DNA of 64,000 bases. It comes from Candidatus Latescibacterota bacterium. GTDB lineage: Bacteria > Latescibacterota > UBA2968 > UBA8231. Both the position numbers and the translations under genes were made by a program. The stretch lies in the NCBI GenBank assembly GCA_963422735.1, contig OY730476.1, positions 3,968,001 through 4,032,000 of the forward strand, in the 5' to 3' direction. Shown here piece after piece: positions 10,002-20,406 of this stretch (the stretch's first letter is position 1; every line of letters begins with the position of its first letter). The notes beneath the pieces are model-generated. The model was not told the origin of the DNA and ran no database searches. It saw only the letters and a program-made list of their open reading frames with translations.

Positions 10002-10443
10002 TTACTTGTACAGCTCAATCGAGAACATCCTATAGCCACGCCGCTCATAGAATCGATACGTGCGCAACCAGTCTATGTTATTTGAACCAACCATGGAGCG
10101 GCTAATTCCCTCCGATGCTGATCTTGATAGCCACGCCTCGATGAGTCGATCTCCAACTCCCTTTTCGCGATGGTCAACATGGACAAAGACCTCGTGAACC
10201 TCTAAAAATCGCTCGCCCTCGGATTTGAATATTGCATTTTTCCCGACTTTCCCGACTCCCGCAGCGTAAGCTATGACAACACCCTCATACTCACCGACAA
10301 AAAAATAGCCGCCGTCAAACCAAGACTGGAGACGCTTGTCGTCTTCCATTAACGCGACATAGCCGGTGTTTCGATAAACCTACGACCGAATGTACATCGT
10401 CAGTTCTTGCTGGCCTAACTTGATAACCTAGGGCGTCTGTCAC
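10002..10443 (-). pseudogene. GNAT acetyltransferase, frameshifted near the 5' end
   Basis: GTG 10443 after GGAGG gives MTDALGYQVRPARTDDVHSVVGLS, then the frame shifts near 10370 into TGYVALMEDD...VFVHVDHREKGVG...FYERRGY; lower GC. Confidence 0.7.
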
Positions 10444-10505
10444 CTTCTTTTTGACCTCCAAATTAGTTCCCAATGGGTCGTCGCAACGCGCGCCGGACCG
10501 CAGAA

Positions 10506-12407
10506 TCACCCCACTAAAATCCGCACATCCCCCCGCCGCGCCGTCAGTCCCTCGGCGTCAAAATAGCCCAAAAGCGCGATGGCGCATTTGCGATTGCTGC
10601 CAATTAGCGTGCGAAATTCGGCTGCCGCAATCTCGCCATCGCGTTCGAGAAAGTCGCTCAGCAGCTTCCGCGTGCGGGCGAGGGCCTCGCAATGGATCAG
10701 CAAGCCCCCCTCCAACGCGACCACCGTCCCCAGTGCTTGCAGTGCTTGGACCATATCCGCTACCTGTGGCAGCGAGGCGTCGGGGGATTGTGCTAGCTCG
10801 GCCATCGTAGGCAAGTTGGCGAAATTCGCGGTATTGAGCCGCGCCTCCACCGCCGCCTTCAGCACCTCTTGCTCCGGGGTGAAGCAAATGCGGTGCGACG
10901 CAGCCCGCACCACGGCCCCGTCCAGCGCGACCCGCCCTGCTTCCTCCAAGTAGCGCAACACGCAGTCGAACAGTTCGGGCTGGATGTAGCGCGCACTCAA
11001 ATTGCGCAGCGCCTCGCGGGGCAAGCCCAACTTGAGCGGCTGGGCGCGGTGAAAGCGCGCGAGCGCGGTCTCGATCTGTGCGCCCCAGTGCTCGCACACG
11101 TCCAGATGCAAAACGTGCGCTGGCCCCTCCGACACCACGCGCACGGCGCGACCAGCGGCTACGAGCGCGTCTATCCAGTGCGCCAACCGCTCCACGCCAA
11201 TGCCCATCTCGCCGGCCAGCACCTGCTGGCTCTTGAGCTGGTCGTCCGCGTGGCGGAGCCAGCACTCGACGACTTCGGGCAGGTCGGCACGGGCCAACGC
11301 CTGCAAGTGCGCGAGCAACGCTGGCTCGAAGCGCCGGTGCTTGGCCGGGTGCGGATTGAGTACGCGGCCGCCGCCGATAGTGAGCGCGGGCGAGTACCGG
11401 CGCAGCACAAAGCGGTCGCCCCACGCCGCGACTACGGGAGCCTCCAAGCGAAGCTGGGCGAAACCCTCCTGCCCGGGCGTCAAGGGCTTGGCATTGGGAA
11501 GCACGACCCGCGCCATAATCTCCCGCGTACCTAAGTGCAGGCGCACGCGGGTGCGCGACGCCATGGTCATGGGGCTTGAGGCGAGGAGCTGCACTTGGGC
11601 GTCTAGCATCTGCGTGGGACGAAAAAACCCGGGCGCGACCAGCGAATGACCGCGCGCGATTTGGCCCTGCTCTACGCCGGCCAAATTGATCGCGATGCGG
11701 TCGCCGGCCCGCACCTCTTGTACCGTCGCGCCGTGCTGTTGCAAGCGGCGTACGCGCGCCACCCGACCTTCGGGCGCGATCTCGACGCGGGCACTCTCGG
11801 CCAAGGCCCCGGCCTGCACCGTACCCGTACAGACGAGACCAAAGCCCTTGACCCCAAAGGCCCGATCTACGGGCAGGCGAAACGGCGCGTCGGTGCGCTT
11901 GGCCGCGGTGCTCGCGGCCATGGCCAACAGCCGCTGCCGCAGCGGGTCAATGCCCGCGCCGCTGAGCGCAGAGACGCGAAAGATCTCGGCCTGCGCCAAA
12001 AAAGTTCCATGCACAAACTCCCGCACCTCTTCCTCCACCAAGTCCAACCACTCCTCTTCCGCTAAGTCGGCCTTGTTGATCACCACCACCCCGCGTTCGA
12101 CCCCCAAAAGCTGTAGCACGTCGAGATGCTCCCGCGACTGCGGCATCACCCCGTCGTCCGCGGCAATAACCAGCATGGCCACGTCAATGGTGCTGACGCC
12201 CGCGACCATGGTCTTGACGAAGCGCTCGTGTCCGGGCACGTCGATGATCGTGGCCTGATCCCCCAAAAAGGCAAAGCCGAGTTCAATGGTAATCCCCCGC
12301 GCCCGCTCTTCTGGAGCTTGGTCGGTATCCATGCCGGTCAGGGCCTTGACCAACAGGGTTTTGCCGTGGTCAATGTGCCCAGCCGTGCCAATAACAGTGT
12401 GCGCCAT
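10506..12407 (-). CDS. selB: Selenocysteine-specific translation elongation factor
   Basis: [39 protein letters not shown]; C-terminal winged-helix region ending RRGDVR. Confidence 0.96.
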   Translation of the reverse strand: MAHTVIGTAGHIDHGKTLLVKALTGMDTDQAPEERARGITIELGFAFLGDQATIIDVPGHERFVKTMVAGVSTIDVAMLVIAADDGVMPQSREHLDVLQLLGVERGVVVINKADLAEEEWLDLVEEEVREFVHGTFLAQAEIFRVSALSGAGIDPLRQRLLAMAASTAAKRTDAPFRLPVDRAFGVKGFGLVCTGTVQAGALAESARVEIAPEGRVARVRRLQQHGATVQEVRAGDRIAINLAGVEQGQIARGHSLVAPGFFRPTQMLDAQVQLLASSPMTMASRTRVRLHLGTREIMARVVLPNAKPLTPGQEGFAQLRLEAPVVAAWGDRFVLRRYSPALTIGGGRVLNPHPAKHRRFEPALLAHLQALARADLPEVVECWLRHADDQLKSQQVLAGEMGIGVERLAHWIDALVAAGRAVRVVSEGPAHVLHLDVCEHWGAQIETALARFHRAQPLKLGLPREALRNLSARYIQPELFDCVLRYLEEAGRVALDGAVVRAASHRICFTPEQEVLKAAVEARLNTANFANLPTMAELAQSPDASLPQVADMVQALQALGTVVALEGGLLIHCEALARTRKLLSDFLERDGEIAAAEFRTLIGSNRKCAIALLGYFDAEGLTARRGDVRILVG

Positions 12408-12424
12408 CTGCTCAAAGTCCTATG

Positions 12425-12452
12425 TTGACGTGCTCTTCTTGGCGTATATTAT
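12425..12452 (+). promoter_or_regulatory. Putative sigma70 promoter for the creatininase-family/Sua5 operon
   Basis: TTGACG-N16-TATTAT in the divergent gap, upstream of an AAGGA RBS. Confidence 0.55.
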
Positions 12453-12487
12453 GTCCAATTCCGCGCATACAACTAAGGAACTTCTCC

Positions 12488-13222
12488 ATGTACCTCAAGC
12501 ACCTGCGTCCCTACCAACTCACAGATGCGGCGGCCCAAGGGCATCCCCTGCTAGTGCCGGCTGGCTGCATCGAGACTCACGGCCCGCACATGGCCATCGG
12601 CCACGATACCCTCATCGTCGAGGAGATTTGCGACCGCGTAGCTGCACGGACCCCTTCCGTGATTGCCCCGTCGTTTGACTACGGCCCCACTGGCTATGCC
12701 CTCGGCGGCCCGGCCGACGGGACCATTGACCCAGACTACGATGCCTTTGGCCGCTTGGCCAAGAGCATCCTGCGCAACTTTATCGAGATGGGCTTCCGCA
12801 AAACCTACGTCATCATCATGCACCAAGGCATGGGCGGCCCCCTCGCCTTGGCCTTCAGCAAGGCCGCGGCCGAGCTGGCATTCGAGCAGGTGCTCGCCGA
12901 GGGGCACCCACGCGGCTGGTGGGGCGACCGCGACGCGCTCGACCGGGCTAGCTCTTGGGGCGGGCGCATAGAAGTGCAGCCCATGATCCTCCCGGAATCG
13001 AGTCCCCCGGCTGGGGGAGATCACGCCGGATACAATGAGACCTCCTTCCTGCTCGCCGCACGCCCCGAACTCGTGGAGCAAGACCGCCTCGGCGACGACC
13101 CGCCTTGGTATTGCCAGCAAGACGAAGCGCGAAACAGCTACGCGGCCAACGCCGAACACGGCCAGGCCATGATCGCGGCCGTCGTCGAGGCGTGGGTCGC
13201 CAAAATCGACCAGGAGCGCTAG
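12488..13222 (+). CDS. Creatininase/creatinine amidohydrolase family protein
   Basis: [15 protein letters not shown] and [11 protein letters not shown] motifs; start at ATG 12488 after AAGGA. Confidence 0.9.
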   Translation: MYLKHLRPYQLTDAAAQGHPLLVPAGCIETHGPHMAIGHDTLIVEEICDRVAARTPSVIAPSFDYGPTGYALGGPADGTIDPDYDAFGRLAKSILRNFIEMGFRKTYVIIMHQGMGGPLALAFSKAAAELAFEQVLAEGHPRGWWGDRDALDRASSWGGRIEVQPMILPESSPPAGGDHAGYNETSFLLAARPELVEQDRLGDDPPWYCQQDEARNSYAANAEHGQAMIAAVVEAWVAKIDQER

Positions 13223-13223
13223 A

Positions 13224-13847
13224 ATGGCCCAAGTACTGACCGTGCATCCCGACCGCCTCAAAGGCCGCCACATCCAGCGCGCCACCGAGGTGCTCCGCCA
13301 AGGCGGCGTCATCGTCTATCCCACCGATACGATCTACGGGCTTGGCTGCGACATCACCAACAAGCAGGCGATTGAGCGCGTGCAGCGCATCAAGGGCCGC
13401 AATAAAAAGAAGCCCATGTCCTTTGTGTGCGCCGACCTGACCCACATCAGCGGCTACGCCCGCGTCTCCAACTACGCCCACCGCATCCTCAAGCAGTGCC
13501 TGCCGGGCGCGTACACCTTCGTGTTGCCGGCTACCCGCCAGACGCCGCGCATCCTCCAAACCAAACAGAAGACCATCGGCCTGCGGATTCCCGATCACCC
13601 GGTGCCGCTGGCCTTGGTCCGCGCCCTTGGCCAACCCATCCTGAGCACGAGTGCCAACTACGCCGATCAAGAAGTGCTGGCCGAGCCGTGGGCCTTGGAG
13701 GAAGAGCTGGGGCCACAGGTGGATTTGATCTTGGAGTGCGGGCCGCTGCCCGTGGAGGCTTCGAGCGTGGTGTCATTGGTGGGAGATCGAGCCGAAGTGT
13801 TGCGGGCGGGCAAAGGGGATTTGCGCTTGTTTGCCGAGGAAGATTAG
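13224..13847 (+). CDS. Sua5/YciO/YrdC family protein (threonylcarbamoyl-AMP synthase-like)
   Basis: YPTDTIYGLGC, IKGR, LPGAYT, GLRIPDHP, STSAN. Confidence 0.92.
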   Translation: MAQVLTVHPDRLKGRHIQRATEVLRQGGVIVYPTDTIYGLGCDITNKQAIERVQRIKGRNKKKPMSFVCADLTHISGYARVSNYAHRILKQCLPGAYTFVLPATRQTPRILQTKQKTIGLRIPDHPVPLALVRALGQPILSTSANYADQEVLAEPWALEEELGPQVDLILECGPLPVEASSVVSLVGDRAEVLRAGKGDLRLFAEED

Positions 13848-13965
13848 CAGCGCGTCCTCGGAGAAGACGATTCGGAATTATCTCAACGTCTGTGTTACTT
13901 TCGTCATCGACGGAGATCGTCCGCAGGTACTCTTTGAGAAACCGATCTTTCAGATGACTGCTCAA
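13848..13965 (-). pseudogene. Possible truncated 5' remnant of a gene divergent from the helicase
   Basis: Low-GC ATG-started frame MSSHLKDRFLKEYLRTISVDDESNTDVEIIPNRLLRG that runs straight into the antisense of the Sua5 gene. Confidence 0.35.
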
Positions 13966-13988
13966 CTATTATCAGATAGGCTATTCAA

Positions 13989-15875
13989 ATGACTGACATC
14001 GCAAAACTCATAGAACAACTAAAAGAATTCGACGCGCTGCGCAATGACGATAAAATAAAAACAGGTACTGTTGATCGCATCGAACCGCAATACGCAGATG
14101 AGTGGCCTGATCAACTACACTCGTCCATCCGCGATGCACTAACCACTATTCGGCCATATCGTCATCAGGCCGACGCTATTATCAAGGCACTAAGTGACGT
14201 AGACGTGGTTATGGAATCGCCTACCGCCAGTGGAAAGACGCTGGCATTCACCGCACCAATGCTCGACTCCTTGATGCGAAATAAGGGATCCCATGCGTTA
14301 ATGATCTATCCCATGAAGGCATTGGCTTTTGACCAAAGGGAGCAGATTCGGAACGTCTGCGAACCGCTTGGGATTGAATCGTGGCCCTACGACGGCGATA
14401 CTGAAGATCAAGACAAACAATTGTTAAGAAAAAACCCACCGCAAATTTTGATGACCAATCCTGAATATCTGAATACGTCGTTTCTGATGTGGAAGGAACA
14501 GTGGAAAGAATTTCTGCTGAATCTGCGTTATTTAGTCATTGACGAAATGCACGAATACCGGGGCTTTTTCGGCGGCAACGTGGCACTTTTGCTGCGGCGA
14601 TTCTTTCTGCACCTAGAGCGGATTGGCGCGTCTCCCCGTGTGTTCCTCTCAACGGCAACCTGTGCCAACCCTGCTGAGCACGCCAAGAAGCTGACAGGAC
14701 GGGATGTAGAACTCGTATCAGCGAGAGAAGTATTTCGTCCGAAAAGGCATTTCATATTTGTCAACCCTGATAATATTCCCGACTTCAGGTATAGAGAGAT
14801 TCTCCGATTACGAGTAGAGCACGCCGCTCTAACCGTTCTTGCCGAGAGATTGCAGGCACTGGTATTTTGCCCGACAAAGCGATTCCTTGAAGACGCCTTT
14901 CGCAACTGCCAGCGCAAGGCCGAAGAACGCGGGATAGACCGAGAGAGGATATCTGCGTTCCACGCCGACTTAAAGAACGAAGATCGGCAGGATATACAGC
15001 AGAAAATCAAATCGGGCAACATCAGCGTGGTGTTTACGACCAATGCCTTGGAACTTGGATTGGACATCGGCGGATTGGACGGAATTATACTGGCCGGATT
15101 TCCGTCCAATATTATGTCCGCTTGGCAGCAAATTGGGCGCGCTGGGCGCGGTTGGAACAAGGACTCATTTGTGTTGTTCTATGCTATGAACGATCCGATT
15201 GACCGCTTTTTCGTGGATAATTTGGATGCTTTTCTGAACAAGCCCTTTGACGAATTGGTGGTTGACCCGGAGAACGAACAACTGATCGAGAATCACCTCG
15301 CCATGCTCATAGCAGAAACCGACGGAAAATTGTCTCCCTCGGACAAATCCATCCTCGGCAGTGCATTCTATGACAAAGCGAAAAATGACCGAGGAAAGCC
15401 TGTCAAAGGTTATCAACCACACCCTCGTCTGAATATGCGTGGCGGAATCGGGCAGTCTTTCAAGTTGAAACGCGGGAATGAGAAAGTGGGTCAAATCTCG
15501 GCCATGCGGCGATTCCGCGAAGCCTACATCGGTGCCATATTTACCTTTTTTGGCCAGAAGTACCGCGTACATTCCCACGGACAGGATACCGTTGTCTTGG
15601 CTGAGGTTGAGCCGAATCTGAAGACTGATGCTGGTTTTTTTGCAGTACTGTCTCGAAAGGACATTTTTGAAGGATATGCTTATGGAGACATTGAGGTCTA
15701 TTATGGTTCGCTGAATCTCGTGGTAAACTTCACTGGCTACAAGTTGGTAGACGAGCTCACAGAAGAAGAGAAAGACTCTGTCCACTCTAGCGAGGCACAT
15801 TATGAAAATAACCTGCACGCCTTCTGGATAGACTTTCCGACAGATGAATGTACCATGCCGGGATTGGTGCGCTAG
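13989..15875 (+). CDS. DEAH-type SF2 helicase of the Hrq1/SftH/MrfA (DUF1998-associated) family, N-terminal part
   Basis: PTASGKT, IYPMKALA, YDGDT, TNPE, DEMHEY, SATxxNP-like STATCANP, TNALELGLDIG, QQIGRAGR; lower GC than flanks. Confidence 0.9.
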   Translation: MTDIAKLIEQLKEFDALRNDDKIKTGTVDRIEPQYADEWPDQLHSSIRDALTTIRPYRHQADAIIKALSDVDVVMESPTASGKTLAFTAPMLDSLMRNKGSHALMIYPMKALAFDQREQIRNVCEPLGIESWPYDGDTEDQDKQLLRKNPPQILMTNPEYLNTSFLMWKEQWKEFLLNLRYLVIDEMHEYRGFFGGNVALLLRRFFLHLERIGASPRVFLSTATCANPAEHAKKLTGRDVELVSAREVFRPKRHFIFVNPDNIPDFRYREILRLRVEHAALTVLAERLQALVFCPTKRFLEDAFRNCQRKAEERGIDRERISAFHADLKNEDRQDIQQKIKSGNISVVFTTNALELGLDIGGLDGIILAGFPSNIMSAWQQIGRAGRGWNKDSFVLFYAMNDPIDRFFVDNLDAFLNKPFDELVVDPENEQLIENHLAMLIAETDGKLSPSDKSILGSAFYDKAKNDRGKPVKGYQPHPRLNMRGGIGQSFKLKRGNEKVGQISAMRRFREAYIGAIFTFFGQKYRVHSHGQDTVVLAEVEPNLKTDAGFFAVLSRKDIFEGYAYGDIEVYYGSLNLVVNFTGYKLVDELTEEEKDSVHSSEAHYENNLHAFWIDFPTDECTMPGLVR

Positions 15876-16237
15876 AACACATGATCCGAGTCGGTGCCAT
15901 GTTTGCAATTCCGGCTGACCGGTTTGACACCAGTACTTACTCGAAGACTAACGACTATCCCACAGCCTATTATTACGAAAATTATTCCGGCGGTATTGGC
16001 GTTGCCAAAAAACTGTTCGAGGTATGGAAAGAGGCTCTAAAAAAAGGGATGGAGATTGCCAGCAATTGCAAATGCGAGTCGGGATGCCAGAATTGCATTG
16101 AGCCGGCCAAGTCCTACAACATCGGCAACGAGGATATCTCTAAAATGCGCGGCATTGAACTGGCAAATAATCTTCTTGCAGCAGTGGAGCGCGGCCCCGA
16201 CCACCAATTCGACAACGGACGAATGGTTCCATTGTAA
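15848..16237 (+). CDS. DUF1998 zinc-binding domain, C-terminal part of the helicase in another frame
   Basis: ALEH, YENYSGGIG and CKCESGCQNC four-Cys motif; 28-nt overlap with the helicase ORF. Confidence 0.85.
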   Translation: MYHAGIGALEHMIRVGAMFAIPADRFDTSTYSKTNDYPTAYYYENYSGGIGVAKKLFEVWKEALKKGMEIASNCKCESGCQNCIEPAKSYNIGNEDISKMRGIELANNLLAAVERGPDHQFDNGRMVPL

Positions 16238-16313
16238 CAGCAAATATCGGTGTGTACGCCCAAGCCAGTACACCCAAACCATCATCCCCTCCACTCGCTA
16301 TGAGGACTAAAGG

Positions 16314-18623
16314 ATGATTGCAGCCCTCTCTCTGTGCGCTTTTCTCGCCGTTAGCACTGCCCACGCGGAATACGCTGAGCGCGGAGAATTCGCGCTCGCC
16401 CCTTCCGGTGCGCTCGACATAGGACTCTACGGATACGCCAATCCCGCGCTGCTCAGCTATGTCGAGGGTTTGGAGCAGGGGTTCGCTTGGTCAGACAGCA
16501 GCTCCGTCCATTCGTGGGGCCTTTTTACGGCCGTGCCCCGTTTGGGGTTTGGGATGGTAAACGGCCGCCGCGACCGCGAGTACCGGGCTGGACTCAGCAG
16601 CGGCGACCGCGACTTCAGCCTCGGGGTGGGCATGGGGTGGGGAAGTGTGCGGCACGTTGTCCTCGGGGGGCTTTGGCGGCCCGGACCGCGTCTCTCACTG
16701 GGAGGCACTTGGACTTCGACCTTTGCGGACGCGGGCCGCGAAGGAGCTGTCGATCTATCCCTGCGTCCTTGGGGAGACGAGCGGCTAACCTTGTATGCGG
16801 ATTACGCGTACGCTGGTGGTGCGGATTTCTGGAGCACCGGAGCCATAGTCGGGTTGGGGCCGGGACTGGCGCTGACCGGGCGCTTCTTCTCAGACCGCGC
16901 CCTGAGCGTTGGCTTGCGCATCGGGCTGGGCGGAGCCGATTTCCAAGCGCAGACGCGGGGACGCGCCTTGCAGACCTATGCGGTGCGCCTCGGAGCGCAG
17001 CGGGGGAACCTGTTCCAGCCGCGGGCGCGCTACTTGTCGCTGGAATTGTCCGGGCCGGTTGGCCACCGCCGCTTTGCCTTCTTCGACAACTCGCAGAGCC
17101 TGCTCGACCTAATCGCCTTGCTGGAGCGCGTGCGCCGCGATCCCTCGATCAGGGGCCTTGCTATCAATGCTTCAGGCCTGCGGATTAGCCCGGCGCTCGG
17201 CTGGGAACTGCGGGAGAAGCTGCGCCAAGTCCGCGCTGGGGGGCAGCGGGTCGTGGTGTACATCGACCGCGTGGACATGTACGGCTATCACTGGGCCTCG
17301 GTGGCCGAGCACTTGGTGCTCGACCCGGCCGGCGCGGTTGGCTTGCAGGGCTATGTGGCGGGACACACGTACTTCAAGGGCGCACTGGACAAGCTCGGGA
17401 TTGGCTTTGACGAGTGGCGGCTTTTCCAGTACAAGTCCGCGACCGAAGCATACGTCCGCCGCGACCTATCCGCGGGCGAGCGCGAGCAGCTAACGGCCCT
17501 GCTCGACGACTGGTACGCTCTCGCCCGCCGCGACATCAGCACCGCTCGCTCGCTTGCGCCCGAGCACTTCGACCGCCTCGTGGAAGAGACCGCAGTCTTC
17601 CTGCCTCAAGAGGCCCTCAACGCCGGCTTAGTGGATCGCCTCGGACGCTGGAGCGAAATCGACCGCATGGTTGAGGCCCTCAATGTCGTCGCGGCCGATT
17701 CGTACGCACGGCCAGCCAACCGGCGCTGGGGGCAGCGCAAGCGCATTGCCATTGTCTATGCGCTCGGCATCTGCGCCATGGACACCGGCATTGGTGCGCG
17801 GCGGCTCGTCGGCGAGATAGCCTCGGCCTGCGCGGCGGCAGACGCCATGGTGCTGCGCGTCGATTCTCCGGGCGGAGACATCCTGCCCTCGGCGCTGGTG
17901 GCCGACGCCGTGCTGCAATGCCGCGAGCACAAGCCGGTCATCGTCTCGCAGGGCTACCTCGCGGCTTCGGGCGGCTACATGCTCTCGCTGCCCGGTGATG
18001 CGATCGTCGCCGCACCCAACACCATCACCGGCTCGATTGGGGTTGTTGCCGGCTGGGCGTACAACAAAGGTCTCAAGGAAAAGCTCGGCTTGAGCACGAG
18101 TCGCGTACAGGTGGGTCGCCACGCAGACTTGCCTTTTGGCATGACCCTGCCCCTGCTCGGCCTGCGCTTGCCAGACCGCACCCTCAGTGCCGACGAAAGT
18201 GTACGCATGGAGCACACCATCCGCTCGCTGTACGCGGACTTTGTCGCCAAGGTGGCCAACAGTCGCCACATCGCGCCAGACTCGGTCGAAGTCATGGCCC
18301 AAGGCCGCGTCTGGAGCGGCCAGCGCGCCGTACAACTCGGCCTCGCCGACCGGATTGGAGGGCTCGAAGTGGCCATCGCGCTAGCCAAGGAAAAAATCGG
18401 GCTGTCGGCGGACGCGACTGTCGAATTGATGGAGCGGCCCCGGCCCTCGCTTTTTTCGCCCTCGCTTTTTCGTCCGCGGCTTTTGGGCCTCGCTGTGCAG
18501 CCCGCCCCCGAACTTGACTACCTGCAATTTCGCCTCCAGCACAATGGCTTGCCCTTGTTGTTGGTTCCCGCCAATCATGTACCTAGCCCGGTGGGGCTGT
18601 ATGGAGAGAAAACCTATGAGTAA
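16314..18623 (+). CDS. sppA: S49 signal peptide peptidase SppA with an N-terminal beta-strand-rich extension
   Basis: Signal peptide; YKSA, LRVDSPGG, AASGGY, ITGSIGV, AQGRVWSG. Confidence 0.9.
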   Translation: MIAALSLCAFLAVSTAHAEYAERGEFALAPSGALDIGLYGYANPALLSYVEGLEQGFAWSDSSSVHSWGLFTAVPRLGFGMVNGRRDREYRAGLSSGDRDFSLGVGMGWGSVRHVVLGGLWRPGPRLSLGGTWTSTFADAGREGAVDLSLRPWGDERLTLYADYAYAGGADFWSTGAIVGLGPGLALTGRFFSDRALSVGLRIGLGGADFQAQTRGRALQTYAVRLGAQRGNLFQPRARYLSLELSGPVGHRRFAFFDNSQSLLDLIALLERVRRDPSIRGLAINASGLRISPALGWELREKLRQVRAGGQRVVVYIDRVDMYGYHWASVAEHLVLDPAGAVGLQGYVAGHTYFKGALDKLGIGFDEWRLFQYKSATEAYVRRDLSAGEREQLTALLDDWYALARRDISTARSLAPEHFDRLVEETAVFLPQEALNAGLVDRLGRWSEIDRMVEALNVVAADSYARPANRRWGQRKRIAIVYALGICAMDTGIGARRLVGEIASACAAADAMVLRVDSPGGDILPSALVADAVLQCREHKPVIVSQGYLAASGGYMLSLPGDAIVAAPNTITGSIGVVAGWAYNKGLKEKLGLSTSRVQVGRHADLPFGMTLPLLGLRLPDRTLSADESVRMEHTIRSLYADFVAKVANSRHIAPDSVEVMAQGRVWSGQRAVQLGLADRIGGLEVAIALAKEKIGLSADATVELMERPRPSLFSPSLFRPRLLGLAVQPAPELDYLQFRLQHNGLPLLLVPANHVPSPVGLYGEKTYE

Positions 18624-19728
18624 GGAAGCCCGCGCCCTGTACGCGGATATGGGGGCGACGCCCGTGATCAACGCCCTCGGCCCGCGCACCCTCTTAGGGG
18701 GATCGTCCCCCCACCCGGACATCATCGCCGCCATGGAACTAGCCGGTCGCTACTATGTTGACATGGACGCCTTCTTGGCGAGTACGGGGCGGATCGTCGC
18801 CGACCTGCTCGGGGCCGAGGCCGCGCTGATTACCCCTGGCTGCGCGGCCGCGTTGGTCCTCGGCACGGCCGCCTGCTCAACCGGCGCAGATCCAGAGAAA
18901 ATGGCCCGCTTGCCCGATTCGATCGGTATGCCCAACCAAGTGGTCATCCAAAAGGCCCAGCGCTACAAATACGACCGCATGGTGCGCCTGCCCGGCGTCT
19001 CCCTTGTGGAGGCGGGCACCGAGCAAGGCACCACGGCCGACGAACTCGCCGCCGCCATCGGCCCCCAAACGGCCGCCGTGCTCTACCCGGCCATCGACAA
19101 CCCAGCCGCCATCGTCCCGCTGGACGCGGCCATTGACATTGCCCACGCTCGCGATGTCCCGATCTTTGTGGACGCGGCCTTCCGCGTCTATCCCCTAGAC
19201 GGCTTGACCCAATACATCGCGGCCGGGGCCGACTTAGTCGGCTATGGTGCCAAGTACGTGGGTGCGCCCAACTCTTCGGGCATTCTCTGCGGCCGCGCCG
19301 ACTTAATCGCAGCGGCTCACTTGCACAGCTTCGCCTGCTTTGAAACCCGCGACCTAGAAGGGGTTGGACGCCCGCTCAAGATCGACCGCCAAGAGGTCGT
19401 CGGCGTGGTGGTGGCTCTGCGCCGCTGGCTGGCCATGGACCACGACGCCCGCAGCCAAGGCGACGCCCGCCGCGCCGAGACCGTGCGTCAGCACTTAGGC
19501 GAACTACCCCATGTGCAAAGCTCGGTCGATGGCACGTCCTTGACCTTGACCTTGGACGAACAAGCCCTCGGCCAAACCGCCGCCGACCTAGAAGAAACCC
19601 TGCGCAACGGCAACCCCTCGGTCTGGCTCGCAGCGGCCCCGGGCCAACTTCACTTGGCGATGCCCACAGTGATCGACGGCGACGAGGTGCTCCTCGCCGC
19701 GCAAGTAAAAAAGGCGTTGGGTGGTTAG
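18616..19728 (+). CDS. SelA-like/DgaE-like PLP-dependent enzyme (short form)
   Basis: PVINALGPRTLLGGS, GCAAALVLG, VDAA, GAKY PLP lysine, GRPLKIDRQE; ATG 18616 overlaps the sppA stop. Confidence 0.85.
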   Translation: MSKEARALYADMGATPVINALGPRTLLGGSSPHPDIIAAMELAGRYYVDMDAFLASTGRIVADLLGAEAALITPGCAAALVLGTAACSTGADPEKMARLPDSIGMPNQVVIQKAQRYKYDRMVRLPGVSLVEAGTEQGTTADELAAAIGPQTAAVLYPAIDNPAAIVPLDAAIDIAHARDVPIFVDAAFRVYPLDGLTQYIAAGADLVGYGAKYVGAPNSSGILCGRADLIAAAHLHSFACFETRDLEGVGRPLKIDRQEVVGVVVALRRWLAMDHDARSQGDARRAETVRQHLGELPHVQSSVDGTSLTLTLDEQALGQTAADLEETLRNGNPSVWLAAAPGQLHLAMPTVIDGDEVLLAAQVKKALGG

Positions 19729-19737
19729 TACTCTGGA

Positions 19738-20270
19738 ATGAGCACGGCGCAACAACAGGCCGAGGATCGGGCCTACCGCATCGGGCAACAGCAAGCGGTC
19801 AACCTCACTATATGGTCGGCAGCGGCACGATCGACGAATTCGTCAAGACGGTCCTCGAAACCAAGTCGGCGCTAATCGACCAACTCATCGAAGGCAGCGC
19901 CTTGCCCGAATATTTCCAGCGCGACGTGATGGAGGTCCTGCCCGCACCGCCCCCTGGCGCGATGGATGAGCCGCAGGTGGTGGAATTGTTGCGCGAGGCC
20001 GGGGCAGCCTTTGTCGCCGAGCAGCCCACAGTCAATCCGCAGGCCAAGTCGCGCTTGCCGTCGGCCGAGGCGGTGCGCGTGTTGGCAGGGCCAAAGCGAG
20101 CGGTGTACCGGGTGGATAGCTCGTCGAAGCCGGGGGCGTTCTACGCGTTGGAAGTGGAAGGGAACGATATAAGTTGCAGTTGTAAGGGGTTTTCTTATCG
20201 GGGGATTTGCCAACATGCGCGGGCGTTGAAGGAGGCACTGGTCAAAGGGGAGGGCCTGCCAGAGGTTTGA
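19738..20270 (+). pseudogene. C-terminal remnant of a SNF2 helicase with a SWIM zinc finger
   Basis: QQAEDRAYRIGQ (SNF2 motif VI) at about 19753-19790, frameshift near 19810 into GTIDE..., and CSCKGFSYRGICQH SWIM motif. Confidence 0.8.
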
Positions 20271-20406
20271 CAAGTCCAGCAACCGTCGCGGCCGAGCTGT
20301 TCAGAAAATGTGCGCCTTTGACTATCTCTACTGCTTTGCCTGCTTTAGCTGAGCCGGGCAGAGGACAAAGTGGAATACTTTATCAACCATTATTGCGAGG
20401 AAGCGA

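Noticed and set aside
18616-19728. Calling the PLP enzyme selA
   Set aside because: Too short and lacks the N-terminal domain of true SelA; the pattern is DgaE-like.
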